A stretch of DNA of 53,222 nt, counting the filler, from Sphacelaria rigidula (lineage: Eukaryota): assembly GCA_964200075.2 (NCBI GenBank). It is 4 parts of 4 records of this genome, joined end to end, with 100 filler letters (N's around TTAATTAATTAA, not from the genome) between each part and the next. Parts side by side here need not be neighbours in the genome. Positions count along the whole stretch, not along the records: positions 26,664 to 39,893 come from CAXNAA020003046.1; positions 39,994 to 53,222 come from CAXNAA020003047.1; 2 more parts are not named here. One strand, given 5' to 3'. Of this stretch, positions 36,762-48,200 are shown piece after piece. The notes under the pieces are model-generated. The model ran no database searches and was not told where the DNA came from. It saw only the letters and a list, made by a program, of their open reading frames with translations. A program made the position numbers and the translations under genes. Each line of letters starts with the position of its first letter. Position 1 is the stretch's first letter.

Positions 36762-36972
36762 TGTAATGCGTGAGAGGACCGCGTGCTTAGAGGACCGCGA
36801 CGTAGTTCAAAGCACCACAGGGTCGACGTTTTTCAAAACCAATCGGATCAGTCCCTGCAAGTACCACGCCCCTGACCATAACCCTAAAACTAACCCTAAC
36901 CCTAACACTTGCCATAGGGATGTTCAAATCCCGATGCGGTCCTCTAAGCACGCGGTCCTCTCACGCATTACA
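36762..36972. mobile_element. 211-bp TGT..ACA MITE with telomere-like core, copy 2 (opposite orientation)
   Basis: Same TIRs and interior as 28525-28734, reversed. 4-bp TSD CTAC (36758-61, 36973-76). The core reads AACCCTAAAACTAACCCTAACCCTAAC. Confidence 0.92.
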
Positions 36973-37165
36973 CTACGCTAGCGATAGTGACGGAGGAGCC
37001 CAACAAGCCAGCGGAGTCCGTCGGGTCAGCCCTCATTATTGGACAATCACCGTTCGAACAGCTTGAGGAACGGACTGCGGATCTTCTGGAATTATCCGGG
37101 GCTTATGGGGAAGTTTCGGGTGGGGAATCGTATTTGACGACGCCCACGACTTTGGCAAAAGCAGC

Positions 37166-37414
37166 GACACTTTCTACGATAGCTCCCCCCCAAAACCAGC
37201 TAAAAGTGTCTTGAAACAAATGGTCATACAGCGCCTGATCTTCGGGTTCACGCTGCATGGAGCGCTTCATACTGGCGACATTGGCTAGTGCGAACCCAAG
37301 CGTGGGAATTCTCAGCTTCTCGTTGTGCTCGGCTTTTCCCATTTCGATTTACGTGAAGATTTGGCCTCCCGAAAGTGCATGGTTTTGGGGGGGGGGGCTA
37401 TCGCGGAAAGTGTC
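37166..37414. mobile_element. ~250-bp MITE family B, best-preserved copy, inside the second Copia
   Basis: TIR GACACTTTCTACGATAGCTCCCCCCCAAAACC against GGTTTTGGGGGGGGGGGCTATCGCGGAAAGTGTC. Confidence 0.8.
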
Positions 37415-39893
37415 CGGCACGTCCCTGATGATGGTGGTGGATAGCCTTGCGTCTAGACATCACCTGGACAGCGAGGTCCTCGTAGGATTATTACTGCTGG
37501 AAACTCCGTCGTGGAAGCCGTCGCAACGGGCATCATTTCCGGTACGGTCACCGACCCACACGGGAAGAAGCACCAGATTGGGCTCTCGGTCATCATTGTG
37601 CCTAGCCTGAGACGGCACCCATCTTCTGTAGCTGCGCCATCGAACACGGGAGCTGCTACCGTTTTTGACTCTGTTCGATCGCGCCTGGAGATAGGAACAA
37701 TCACTCTGCCGTTGGAACGGCTTGGGGACGACGAAGTGCTGTAGTCTTTTTCGTTCGACCGGGGCGGCGAATCAGTGGAAATGACAATATAAAAAGCAGG
37801 ATCAGCGGAGCTGTAGCACCGACGCTTGGGACACCTCAACCGCAGGTCAGGACATTCTGAAGAAGGTCGACAATGGCGTCAACTATCACTAGGACACGTC
37901 AGCGTGCGATATTTGTGCCATCGAGAAAACACACAACAAGCTCACCAGGCAACCAACGACGTCAGCCGTCCTTATCGACTAGTCTACACCGATCTCATGG
38001 GGCTCATCACCCCTCTCGCGTCTGGGGGTTACGACTACAATAGGGAGTTCACCGACCAGGTGACCAAGTGAAAGGAGATATTCTTCATCGAGGACAAGAG
38101 CTATTCCATTGATCCGCTCTAAACATTCGTTCAAGCGCTCGCAGTTTCGAGTGGATTGCGAGTGGGGCGCCTTCTCACGGATAGAGGCGGGGAGTACATC
38201 GGTGGTGCGTTCAAGGACTGCTGTCTACAGACTGGCATTCAAGACGAGTTCGCCTCTACAAACATGCAGCGGCACAACGGCGCTCGCGAGCGTGACGGAA
38301 GAACTCTCGCCGGTATTGTACGCTGCGTTCTCATGGACGCCGGCCTGCCGACGTTTCTTTGGGGAGAGCTTATGCAATTCGCGTTATGCCGAGCAAACAG
38401 GGTGCCGCATGCAGCGCTGGGAAGCATGGCGCCGAACAAATATCTCTACGGTAAGGAAGTAAATCTTGAATATCTTCCGGTCATCGACGCCAGGATGTTT
38501 GTGTACGCTGAAACGCGCGCCAAGAAGCTCGATCCCTAGGCCTGGGAAGGATGGCTTGTGGGTACAGCATGGATAGCAAGTCGTATTGGATCTACAATTC
38601 GGCCAACAAAAACGTAAGGGAACGCAAGAACTTCATTGTTTTAGAGACACCTGCGTCTACCCTACGGGATCCGGACCTGACGGGCAATGTCAACGGCACT
38701 GATTTCACCTACGAGGATCACGACGAACTTGTGAAAGATATGACGAACTACGCTTTACGGCTTGACCTCGATTCGCCACTCACCACATCGTGGGGAGCGA
38801 TCCGTCGGGATCGGATAAGGACGAACTTCGTGATATTCCGCAGAACATCCGCAACATTATCGCTCGTGATCTGGGCCTACGCGCCGGGCTGGGGTCTGCA
38901 TCACCGAGGTGTAAAACGCCGGCGGAAGTCATGCCGAGTGAAAAACCCAAAGGACCATCTTAGACTATGTCAGGCAGAACGTCTACTGCGACGGGTATCT
39001 CGCGTTTCAAAACGCGGAGCACGCCTTCGGGCAGAGCACCGAGTGCGCCGGTACACCCGGCGACCCGATTCAGCGGCCAGCCTCTCTCTAATCCCAACAC
39101 ATCCAACGATGAGGTTGGCGCAGCAACTTTGCACAATTTGTTTTTGAAGGAGGTGGTGGCGGACGGTGCACGCCACGAGGACACGCTGAACTTTGTCGAG
39201 TACACCCTTGCCGCCACCAATTCCTACCTACAAAGCCGTGCAGAGGGGAAGAAGGTGACCGTTATTCCGAACGTCTTGAAGAAGGCTATGGGGATACCAG
39301 AAACACGGCACTGAAAAGCTGCGTTCGAAAAAGGGATGAAAGTCCCCTGGAGCTCGGGGTTTCCTCCCTCATATCTTCCTCCGAAATTCCTTCGCGAATG
39401 AAGGCGATCGGGTCTGGAGGGGTGTACGAGATTAAGGCCAACAGAACATACAAGTGGCGTCTGGTAGGCCAGGGCTGGAGTCAAGTGCCAGGCAGGGACT
39501 GCGTTGGCCCTTTCGCTCCGATCTGCAGACTTCAGCATCCGGATGGTGCTCGCCACGGCGACAGAGTTTGACTGGAAGATTTACCAGCTGGACGTGCACA
39601 GCCACCCGGCTCCGAGACCACAGACAAGACAGGAGTTCCGCTCGTGACAAATTGCACAACAGTCTCTCTGGGTTTGCTCGAAGTCAAAATAACTGGGGGG
39701 GAACCGTCGACTCGTATCTGGTGGAAATCGGGCCTCTCCAAGCTGATCATACCCTGGACAAAACAATATGTTTTGAATATATGTTGGTCGATCATATTGG
39801 AATTTTGTGATGTATTGCCGGCGAAGTATGAGTCATCCTACGATAGGGGGGGGGTATTTGGTTGCGCGAAAAACGAGGCTCATAAGTGTGTCA

Positions 39894-39993
39894 NNNNNNN
39901 NNNNNNNNNNNNNNNNNNNNNNNNNNNNNNNNNNNNNTTAATTAATTAANNNNNNNNNNNNNNNNNNNNNNNNNNNNNNNNNNNNNNNNNNNN
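39894..39993. other. Artificial contig-joining spacer
   Basis: 100 nt of N with a central TTAATTAATTAA. Confidence 0.98.
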
Positions 39994-40172
39994 TTGGTTT
40001 TTTGGGGGTCCCTGTTTTTTTTTTTCTGTTCCTTTTTTTTCTCTGTTCCTTGGAGCGTGTTTCAGTTTCGTTTTCGTTCGGTACGTCTATCATGAGACCA
40101 CGGCTAGACCCCTGGGGGGTCAATTAAAGTGTGACAATCAATAAAAAAATCAACCAATCAATCAATCAATCA
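39994..40172 (+). mobile_element. 3' end of a non-LTR retroposon (LINE/SINE) with a (CAAT)n tail
   Basis: GAGCGTGTTTCAGTTTCG...GTCTATCATGAGACCACGG...GACCCCTGGGGGTCA.TTAAAGTG.GACAATCA followed by CAAT repeats. A near-identical block lies at 47728-47831. Confidence 0.65.
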
Positions 40173-42207
40173 TATCCCCCGAAAGGTAGCACGTAGATTG
40201 TGAAGTGTTGCAATCCACCTCGAAGCATAATGTTACAGGTGATATATTCGCATCTATATATCACGATATTACACGTAAGTCGCAGGCTTACCACGTTCCT
40301 CAACAATCGATATGCCTAGTTCATGTGCAATGTCAGAAGCTGTAAAGCTACCCATGGTGCATTCTTGTGCCAGCAGGCATGTTCCTATTGAGGGGACGTG
40401 CAGCTGCTGCATATTTATCAAATGGTAGTAGTATTGACGAGTTGTTAAAAGCGCACTTGTACTCTCCAATAAAAGTGGAAAGTTTTCTCACCGAAAAGCC
40501 CGTAGGGAAGAAACCGATTTAGACACAAGCAGCCCACATGTAAATCGCTGACCGAACTACAAACACCATGAGTTTCCGCTTGGGGAGTTGGAGTGTCCGC
40601 ATTGGATGAGTTTGCGGCCAAAGCGCCATGTTTGTAGCTTAGGGCAAGGCAGCATTATCCGTTCTCCAACAACAGACTGAACTGAACTGTGCTGTGCTAT
40701 GCTGAAAAACAGTCTTCATGTCGGTGCAGATCACCTAGCTCGCATGCCTGCTTACTCGTACATGGCTGTGCCGCTGCCGAATCTCGCGTGTCCTTTGGCT
40801 GCATAGTGGATACACGTGCCGCTCACTGCGAAACCCAGGGGGGAATTCGAGAGCTACTAAAGTAAGGGTATAGTCGCCACCGATTTGTCATCATACCCTC
40901 AAGAGTACAATTAAAAAGAATGATGTGTTGTATGAGCATGTTCAAGACAGTCACACTTTTCGTGTTTTCTGGCAGCCAGAACCTAAGAAATGTCTCCTGG
41001 TTTTGCCGCATCCCGTCGGTCTCGTGGCGACTACGGTGCATACTCAGCACCCGGTGGGAAAAAGGAGGGGCCACATTAGGAACCTAGTGAAGTCAGTCAC
41101 AGATTGCCGGCAAGTCGATAGTACTCCCTTGAGTGTAGAGATTGGAACATGATACGCGAGCGTACCGCACAAGCATGTCTCTAGGGCAGTCACCATGCAC
41201 GTGATTTTTCGCAGGCAATACCTCGATGACATCTCCGCAATATATGCATGATCAATATGTCGTCGCACCAAGGGAGCTTAGAGGAAGTAACCTGTACGTC
41301 AGGAAGCTACTGAGATCATGCACAAATTGCCCACGGGTGTGACGAGTTCCGTTGAGTGTAGTGCTCAAAATATTCAAGCAGTCGCCAAACCCGGACATAG
41401 TACAGGCAGAGAAACCGACGGGTGGTGACACTTGGTTGGCCCTCCGAGTGTATACTTTGTACACCTTTGATCTCATCATAACACATTACGATAGGCGAAG
41501 CCGATCATCAATCATCACGGGGAGATCAAGTCTGAAGCGTGCAGCATCATCACGAGGAGATCTGACCGGTCTAACCTGTCAAATTCCCTGGCAGCCGGTG
41601 TGGGGCTTGTGGCTCGTCGTGTATTCTGTTATGTGGTGTTTTTTTCTATGGGGCTTATATTTTTGATGACGGAGCACATATAAACCATTCTAAATTGTAA
41701 TAGATAACGAGTGTACCGGAGCGGTCAATCGTAGCATATGTAAATCCCATGTGGTTATGAGGTGGGGCTTCATGCGTACGTACTCTCATCATATGCGTGA
41801 AGATATGAATTGGTATAGTTCAGTGCAGATCATCAACTCATGTTATTCGGCCACAATCACAATCAGTTTCCACTCACAGTGAGCTACAGAGCATTAGATA
41901 CAAGCAGACATTTCAGAGTCAGACGGGGCATCAAATAGCGCATGTAGCGGGTGGTTGGCGTGTTCTGCATAACGCAGCTACAAATTTAGTAACTCTGGCC
42001 ATTTGCTGGGAGTGTATCGTCAAATCTACAGCAGTTACTCTCTGCGAAGATGTTCTTCTTAGTTGTTTAAAGATATCGAACAACACTCCTACCGTTCGCG
42101 GACCAGTGAGCAATAGACAGAAGAGGAAACGACCGCCTCGTAGCGTCTCTGACACACATAATCTTTTGTTTCACATGTTTTTTCGACCTTTTGAATGTGT
42201 ATCGCAG

Positions 42208-45200
42208 GCCCGCGAGCGCACCGTCGCGACGCAGTCCCAGCAATGTTGACGCGGGGGCACTTACGGCACTTTCCCGCATGGCCGATGGCTCCTACACTTC
42301 ACCGGGAGAGTTGCGCATCATGAAGTGGATTGTCCTCCGCGAAACCTATCTAGACAAGCTGCATGGCGTCGTGCTAGCATCTCAAAAACGTGCAAAACAG
42401 TCATCCAAGCACGGGGTGCCCACCCGCCACCGCAGGGAGAAGCAGGCAGCCAAATTGTTCAGTCTGTTGGTGGAGCTGTTGACCGTACTCCGTCGTATTA
42501 CGGTCGAGATAGTGGAAGCAATTGAGAGATGGCGAGGACCCGGGAGCAACAAGTCATTCGCATGGGGTCAGTCAAACTACCTCGTCAAGGCTGCTGGAGA
42601 TGCAGCATTTCTGGCGAACTTGCCGGGGTTAGAACAACATCTGGGTGTCAGTTTAGCAAATAACCCATTCGTGTGCCACGTAAGGTTAGATGGTAAGCCC
42701 GCTTTTCTTCATTTTGGGAAAGGTGAAGGCCGGAGAGGAGGAGGCGGAGGAGCTGTTGGCCAGCGATCTCAGGGTACACTGAGAGCGGGCGTTGCGTCGG
42801 AGTCGCTTGGGGTGTCGCCAGAAAGGGTGGAAGCGGCTGCTGCCGTTCTGTATCGAGAGGTGCAGCTAGCGGATGGCGCACGGATATCATCACGCGCGAT
42901 GGATGGTTCTGACAGCAAGCGTAGGGAGGAGAAAAACGACCCTGAAATCGCGTCTATTCAATACCACCGGCAAGAGAGTCATCATGCTGACGAAACAGGG
43001 CGCGCTAGCAAAGATATTCCACTACGAACAGGACAGGAGTCTCGGATGAGTCTATCCCACATGCGTCGAGAATCAAATCGATCAACAGTAGCAGCTAACA
43101 ATGCGGAGAATACAGCGGGCGTCGAGGATAGGACAGGCGACTCTGAGAGCAAGGAGTATAACCTCCATGAATACCAAGATTACCAAGGCTATGAAGGCTA
43201 TGAAGGCTACGAAGGCTACCAAGACTACTACAACCATGACATCGATCCTAATACCACCGAACCTGCGGCGACAGCACAGCAGAATATAGATGGAGCTTAC
43301 GGCACAGCAGGTGACACCCTGCACCACAATGGGTACGGTGAGGAAAAATGGCAGGATTTGCCCGGCGAAGCTACGGCGGAATTACCCGAAGAAGTGTCAG
43401 ACGTGGTGGACACGACGAAGTACCCACCAGAAGAGATGCTAGTAGACCAGAATACACCCGAAGAGGTGTCAGGCGTGGTGGACATGACGACGTACTCACC
43501 AGAAGAGATGCTGGTAGACCAGAATGCATCCGCGGAAGAGATGCTAGCACAAGACGCTGGCGAACCAGAGGAGGAAGCTCTGGAGGCAAACACACTCCGA
43601 GATCATGTAGCCTCAGAAGCGGAAACACTCCAAGGGCAGGAAGACGTGGGTATTGGAGAGGCTGAGATTGCGACTGGTGCAAACGACATCGCGATGGACA
43701 GGGAAGACCTTCCGGGGTCACAAAGAGAATGGATCCGCCGCGGGTCTCCGTTCATAGCTATCCACAGCATGTGCGATGGCCTGCTAAACGAGTTACAAGC
43801 CAACGGACTAGGTGCGACTGGTGACGAGGAGTGCGCATACGATGACGATATACTGCAGAGTAGGGCCGCCGAGTATCCGGATGAAAACGTTGGGGAGAAC
43901 ATGAGGACATCGCGGGAGACACAGCACGAAGAAGGTCCAGAAGAGCAAACTATCTCACTGGATAAGGAACGGCAAGGCCACGGTCAGCGACGCAGCACCG
44001 AAGGACGGAACACGAAGGGGCTAGGCATCCTCGCAAACTTCCAGGGCAGCAAACGGCAGCGGCCGCGTCGAATGGGCAGCCACCAAGAACAGAGCGAGGA
44101 TGACGATGATGAGGACGGCGACGGCGATGACGTCGTCGATGCAGACGGATATCCCATCCACATGCCCCATAGACGAAAAAGGAAGACTCCGCACGCAATG
44201 AAAAGGAAAGCGTTTACTGCTTGGGCAGGTCGCACGGAAGCACGACAGAACTATCGAGACGCGAAGGCCCACAGGCACCACAGTCGATGGCGACTAAAAC
44301 GGGCCATGTCTACGTGGGAATCTTATCGACACCAGATGCTGGGTGGGCGCATGGCGAGGGCGTTTTGCGGTCAGTTTGGTCTTTCCGACAGATTTTATCT
44401 GCGCACTGCGTTCACGGCGTTGCGAGTACACGCTCGAGGGGCGCATATTGCGGCAAGGCATCGGTCGACATTGGCTGCCGCGAGTGATCGCTTGGAAGTA
44501 GTGGGCAGGGTTCGGATGCGCCAGGCGTGGCGCCGGTGGTCGGCGATAGTTACAGGCGGAGACTGGAAAGAGCCAGAGCTGCGGCATGATGCCCAAATCA
44601 AACCCAATGGGAACCCACCACCGGAGGGGGAGGACAGCATGGCACGCTGGTTTATGAGCGATGGTGACGACGAACGCAGTACACACGCCCCGATGAAGGC
44701 TAATAATGAAGAAAAGGCTATGGATGCGCCCGATGTTGCGGTCAGGAGTGTGTCGCCAGCATTGCGCCCAACGAACTCACGTAGTCATTGGGTGGGATTG
44801 GGTACCAAAATTAAGTCAGCTGCGTCGTCACCAGCGTTGCATTCGACCAACTCTCCTGGCCAGCGGGGGGGGCTGGGTACCAAGATGAAATCGCTTGCGT
44901 CGTTTCGATCATTTACCGCCAAAGGCAAGGTAAGCAAAAAATGGCGTGCACATTGTGCATCCACGTCAAGATCATGTACAATACCCGGTGAATGTATGCA
45001 CTACTCAGGTGCGCACCCGTACACCAAACCAGCTGTCATGACGGGTATGCTCGAGGACAAACCCTGAGAAAACGGGGAAGTTGAGCGCGACCGTTTTGGT
45101 TGTCAAACGCGCTGTACGAAACTAGAGATAGCGAAGTACACAGCAAAGATTCTTGCCTGTTTCCCGGAGACAGAGATATAAACACATGTATATGCCAGCA

Positions 45201-48200
45201 TGCTACATTGGAATGAGTGGTATGCAACATATTTATTTCCGCCCGAGCGTGAGAAACGCAGTCCCACCTGACACGCTCGTGTTCCAACAGCCTTTGGTGA
45301 CAGCCTTTTGTGCCCTGCCGCCCATGGAGAGCGCGTATCTCACCAGGCATGTTTGCATGTATCATTTTCCCTCTTTTGTTGTACCCTCGTTCGGCGTTCA
45401 CCTTTCTGATGCTACGAAGTTGGCGCTGTAAGCTACACGACTGACCTGCTGCAATCTGCGATATACCCACTATTTTTGGGTCACGATTGTGTGCGCCTTC
45501 CCCACACACAGAACTCATCTTTCCGGAAGGCTGCTGGGCCCATTACACAATCAAAGGGGTCGCGACAGGCAGAAGGCCCGGTCGAATCAACTGCCGCCGG
45601 ACACCATGTTGGAGGTTGCCAACTGGCGACGGCTGACCAAAATCGATCCTCTGAAATCAGCTCAATAACGCCAACAGCTGCCGAACTCGAGCGTGAGTTG
45701 CAAATAAAACGTGAACGAGATCTAGAATACGCCAAAACAGTAGCTGCGGCCACATGCATCCAGCACTCGTGGTGCGCCGCACGTGAGCGGCCCGTTGCCC
45801 GCAGAATCAACTTCAGCGCATCATTGATCCAGCGCACCTGGCGACTAAAAGAAGCGAGGACGCGCGCAGCGAGCCGTGTAGCGAGGGCATGGCGAGGTCG
45901 TGCATGTCTCAGATCGAAGATTCTTAACCAGGCTCTGACGGAGGCTGCAGGGGCGGGCGACCTCCGAGCGGTGTCGTTTTTACTTCGGGAGAAAACATTT
46001 GCAGCTGGGATATTACACGTTCCGAAAGCTGATGCATGCGCTGAAATATCGGCGCCGGAAACGCCCGGGGGTATAACTACGCCGCTTCATGCAGCAAGTC
46101 GAGGGGGCTTGGGGCTGCCAAACCAGTTGTGGTCGAACACCACAGGTGAAACCCGAAATATGACGACCGCTGGTAGCGGGAAATCTACAGGCACAGCAGT
46201 GCGAGGTGGAGGAGATGCTGATTGGGCGGGGGTAGTCAAGGCTCTTGTGGAAGCCGGAGCAGCGTTGGAGTCAGGGGATGGGGAAGGGCTTACGCCGATG
46301 ATGACTGCTGCGGACGGGGGGGGGGAAGACGCGGTTGCTGCTCTTGCAGCGGTCGGCGCTGAAGTAGATGCTGCCGAGCGTTTTGGTTGTGGGAGGACAC
46401 CGCTCGTCATCGCCGCACAGCGAGCGGTAAGAGGTTTCTGATCGAGATTGCCCGCATCGATTACATGCACTTTCCTGGTTCAAGTTGTCGCACGCTGCTT
46501 CTCGTTGTGAAGTGAAAATAAAAAAAACGACCCCGGAAATTTTACGGGGAGCGCTTTCGGACGGGGTCTCAAATTTCCGGCCTCCTTCTTTCGAATAACT
46601 CCATTTCTTCTCATCTTTTCATCCCTTTTCGCTTGGATAAGGACGACCAGCCAGAAGCGACCAGTTTCCTGAAATCCTTAGCCCTGTCTTGTCTGTAGCA
46701 AACAACACGTCGTGTTGATATCCTAATGCTGAGCAGAACGCACCGGCAGCCGCCGCTTTGCTGGAGTACGGGGCGCGGGTGAACCGCACCATCGAAGATG
46801 GCGCAACGCCCCTCCACGAAGCCTCCGGCGCAGGAAGCATTGAGGTGGCGGAGATTTTAGTGCGAGCCGGTGCAAAGGTGAGCGAGCTCGATTGCAATGA
46901 GCAGCGATTACCGGCAGTCGGTTTCGACGCTCGTTCGCGTTTTGCTTTTACCCCACAGTTGATTGATTGGTTATGAGTCACATGAACTAATCCGCTATGA
47001 ATCCGATCGTGGTCATGAAATATATGTAACCAATGCATATGATCAGAATCACTCGCTCACGGGGACTGATAGAATATGGCGAAAAAGGAGAGGAAAAGCA
47101 AACAGAGAAACCACAAAAACATAAAGTAAAATAGAAGAGAAGAGACGACAAGACAAGACAAGAAACAGGAAGGACGATGGGAGAAAGACAAGAACGACGC
47201 TCGGCTAACATCTAGCGCTGTTACCGAGAAAATTCCCATGTTTCGCTGTCGCAGTATCGATGTGTCAGGGATGGACCCAGTTCCGTAGCAGGTCTCGTGG
47301 TGTTCCGTTTTCTACTTCTCATGTGACCCAGCGACGCCAACTGGGTGAAACACGTTTATTGCTGTACGCTGTAAATCACAGCCCTTGGTCCTTCCGAGCA
47401 CCGTGTTTATGCTGCTAATAACACTCTGTTTCGTCTGAACCCCAGCTATTACCCGGCAGTTGAGCATATGGTAAAAGGAGGAGAAGTGCTACTCTATCGA
47501 CTCGATGGAAGGATTACCCACAGGTCAATCGGCTAAAAACGAGCTCACGTTTTCGTACGTGGGTATTGAGTTCTATCGGTACATCCCGATGAACTACAAC
47601 ACCATGCATCCCACAGTTCCCCTCGTCTGCAGTGTTGACTTTTTTCTTACTTTTTTTTTGTCACGATTTAGTCGGCTATGTCGCTCTATTCGACTCTTCC
47701 TTTTTTTCCTGCCGCTTCTTTTCTTGAGAGCGTGTTTCAGTTTCGTTTTTGTTGGGTATGTCTATCATGAGACCACGGATGGACCCCTGGGGGTCAGTTA
47801 AAGTGCGACAATCAGTCAATCAATCAATCAACTCTCTCATTATTTAGGTGTCCTACCGTGAAAATTTGCCCCTACTGGGTTGAAGCTGCTGCTCACGCGC
47901 AACACTGATATCTCCGTTTTTACTCGGCCAGGTGGACGCTCAAACAGAGTCCGCGGGAATGACACCCCTGCACCTCGCAATAGCCAACGATCAGCACGCG
48001 GCGGTCCGCCTCCTTGTTCACTCGGGCGCAGACGTGTCTCTAGCGGACAACCGAGGGCTGACTCCGCTGAGACTGGCAGTCGAAATGGGTGATAAGGCGA
48101 CCGTGGAGCTTGTCCTTGCCGCTGATCCTCCGGCTGAAGTTGACATCGAAGATAAGGTACGACAAAAAAAAAGTGTGAAGACAATAGCTGGTTGGCATGT

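Larger units (their letters stand above)
36100..39790 (+). mobile_element. Second heavily decayed Ty1/Copia element (gag, protease, integrase, start of RT)
   Basis: Decayed zinc knuckle CCNCDKYGYHGSAC (about 36447), protease VVDSLASRHH (about 37435), HRRLGHLN (about 37818), integrase VYTDLMG, TDRGGEY, HNGARERDGRTL, LWGEL and KKLDP, and RT YQLDV (about 39583). Many stops and frameshifts; domain order is Copia-type. Confidence 0.88.
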
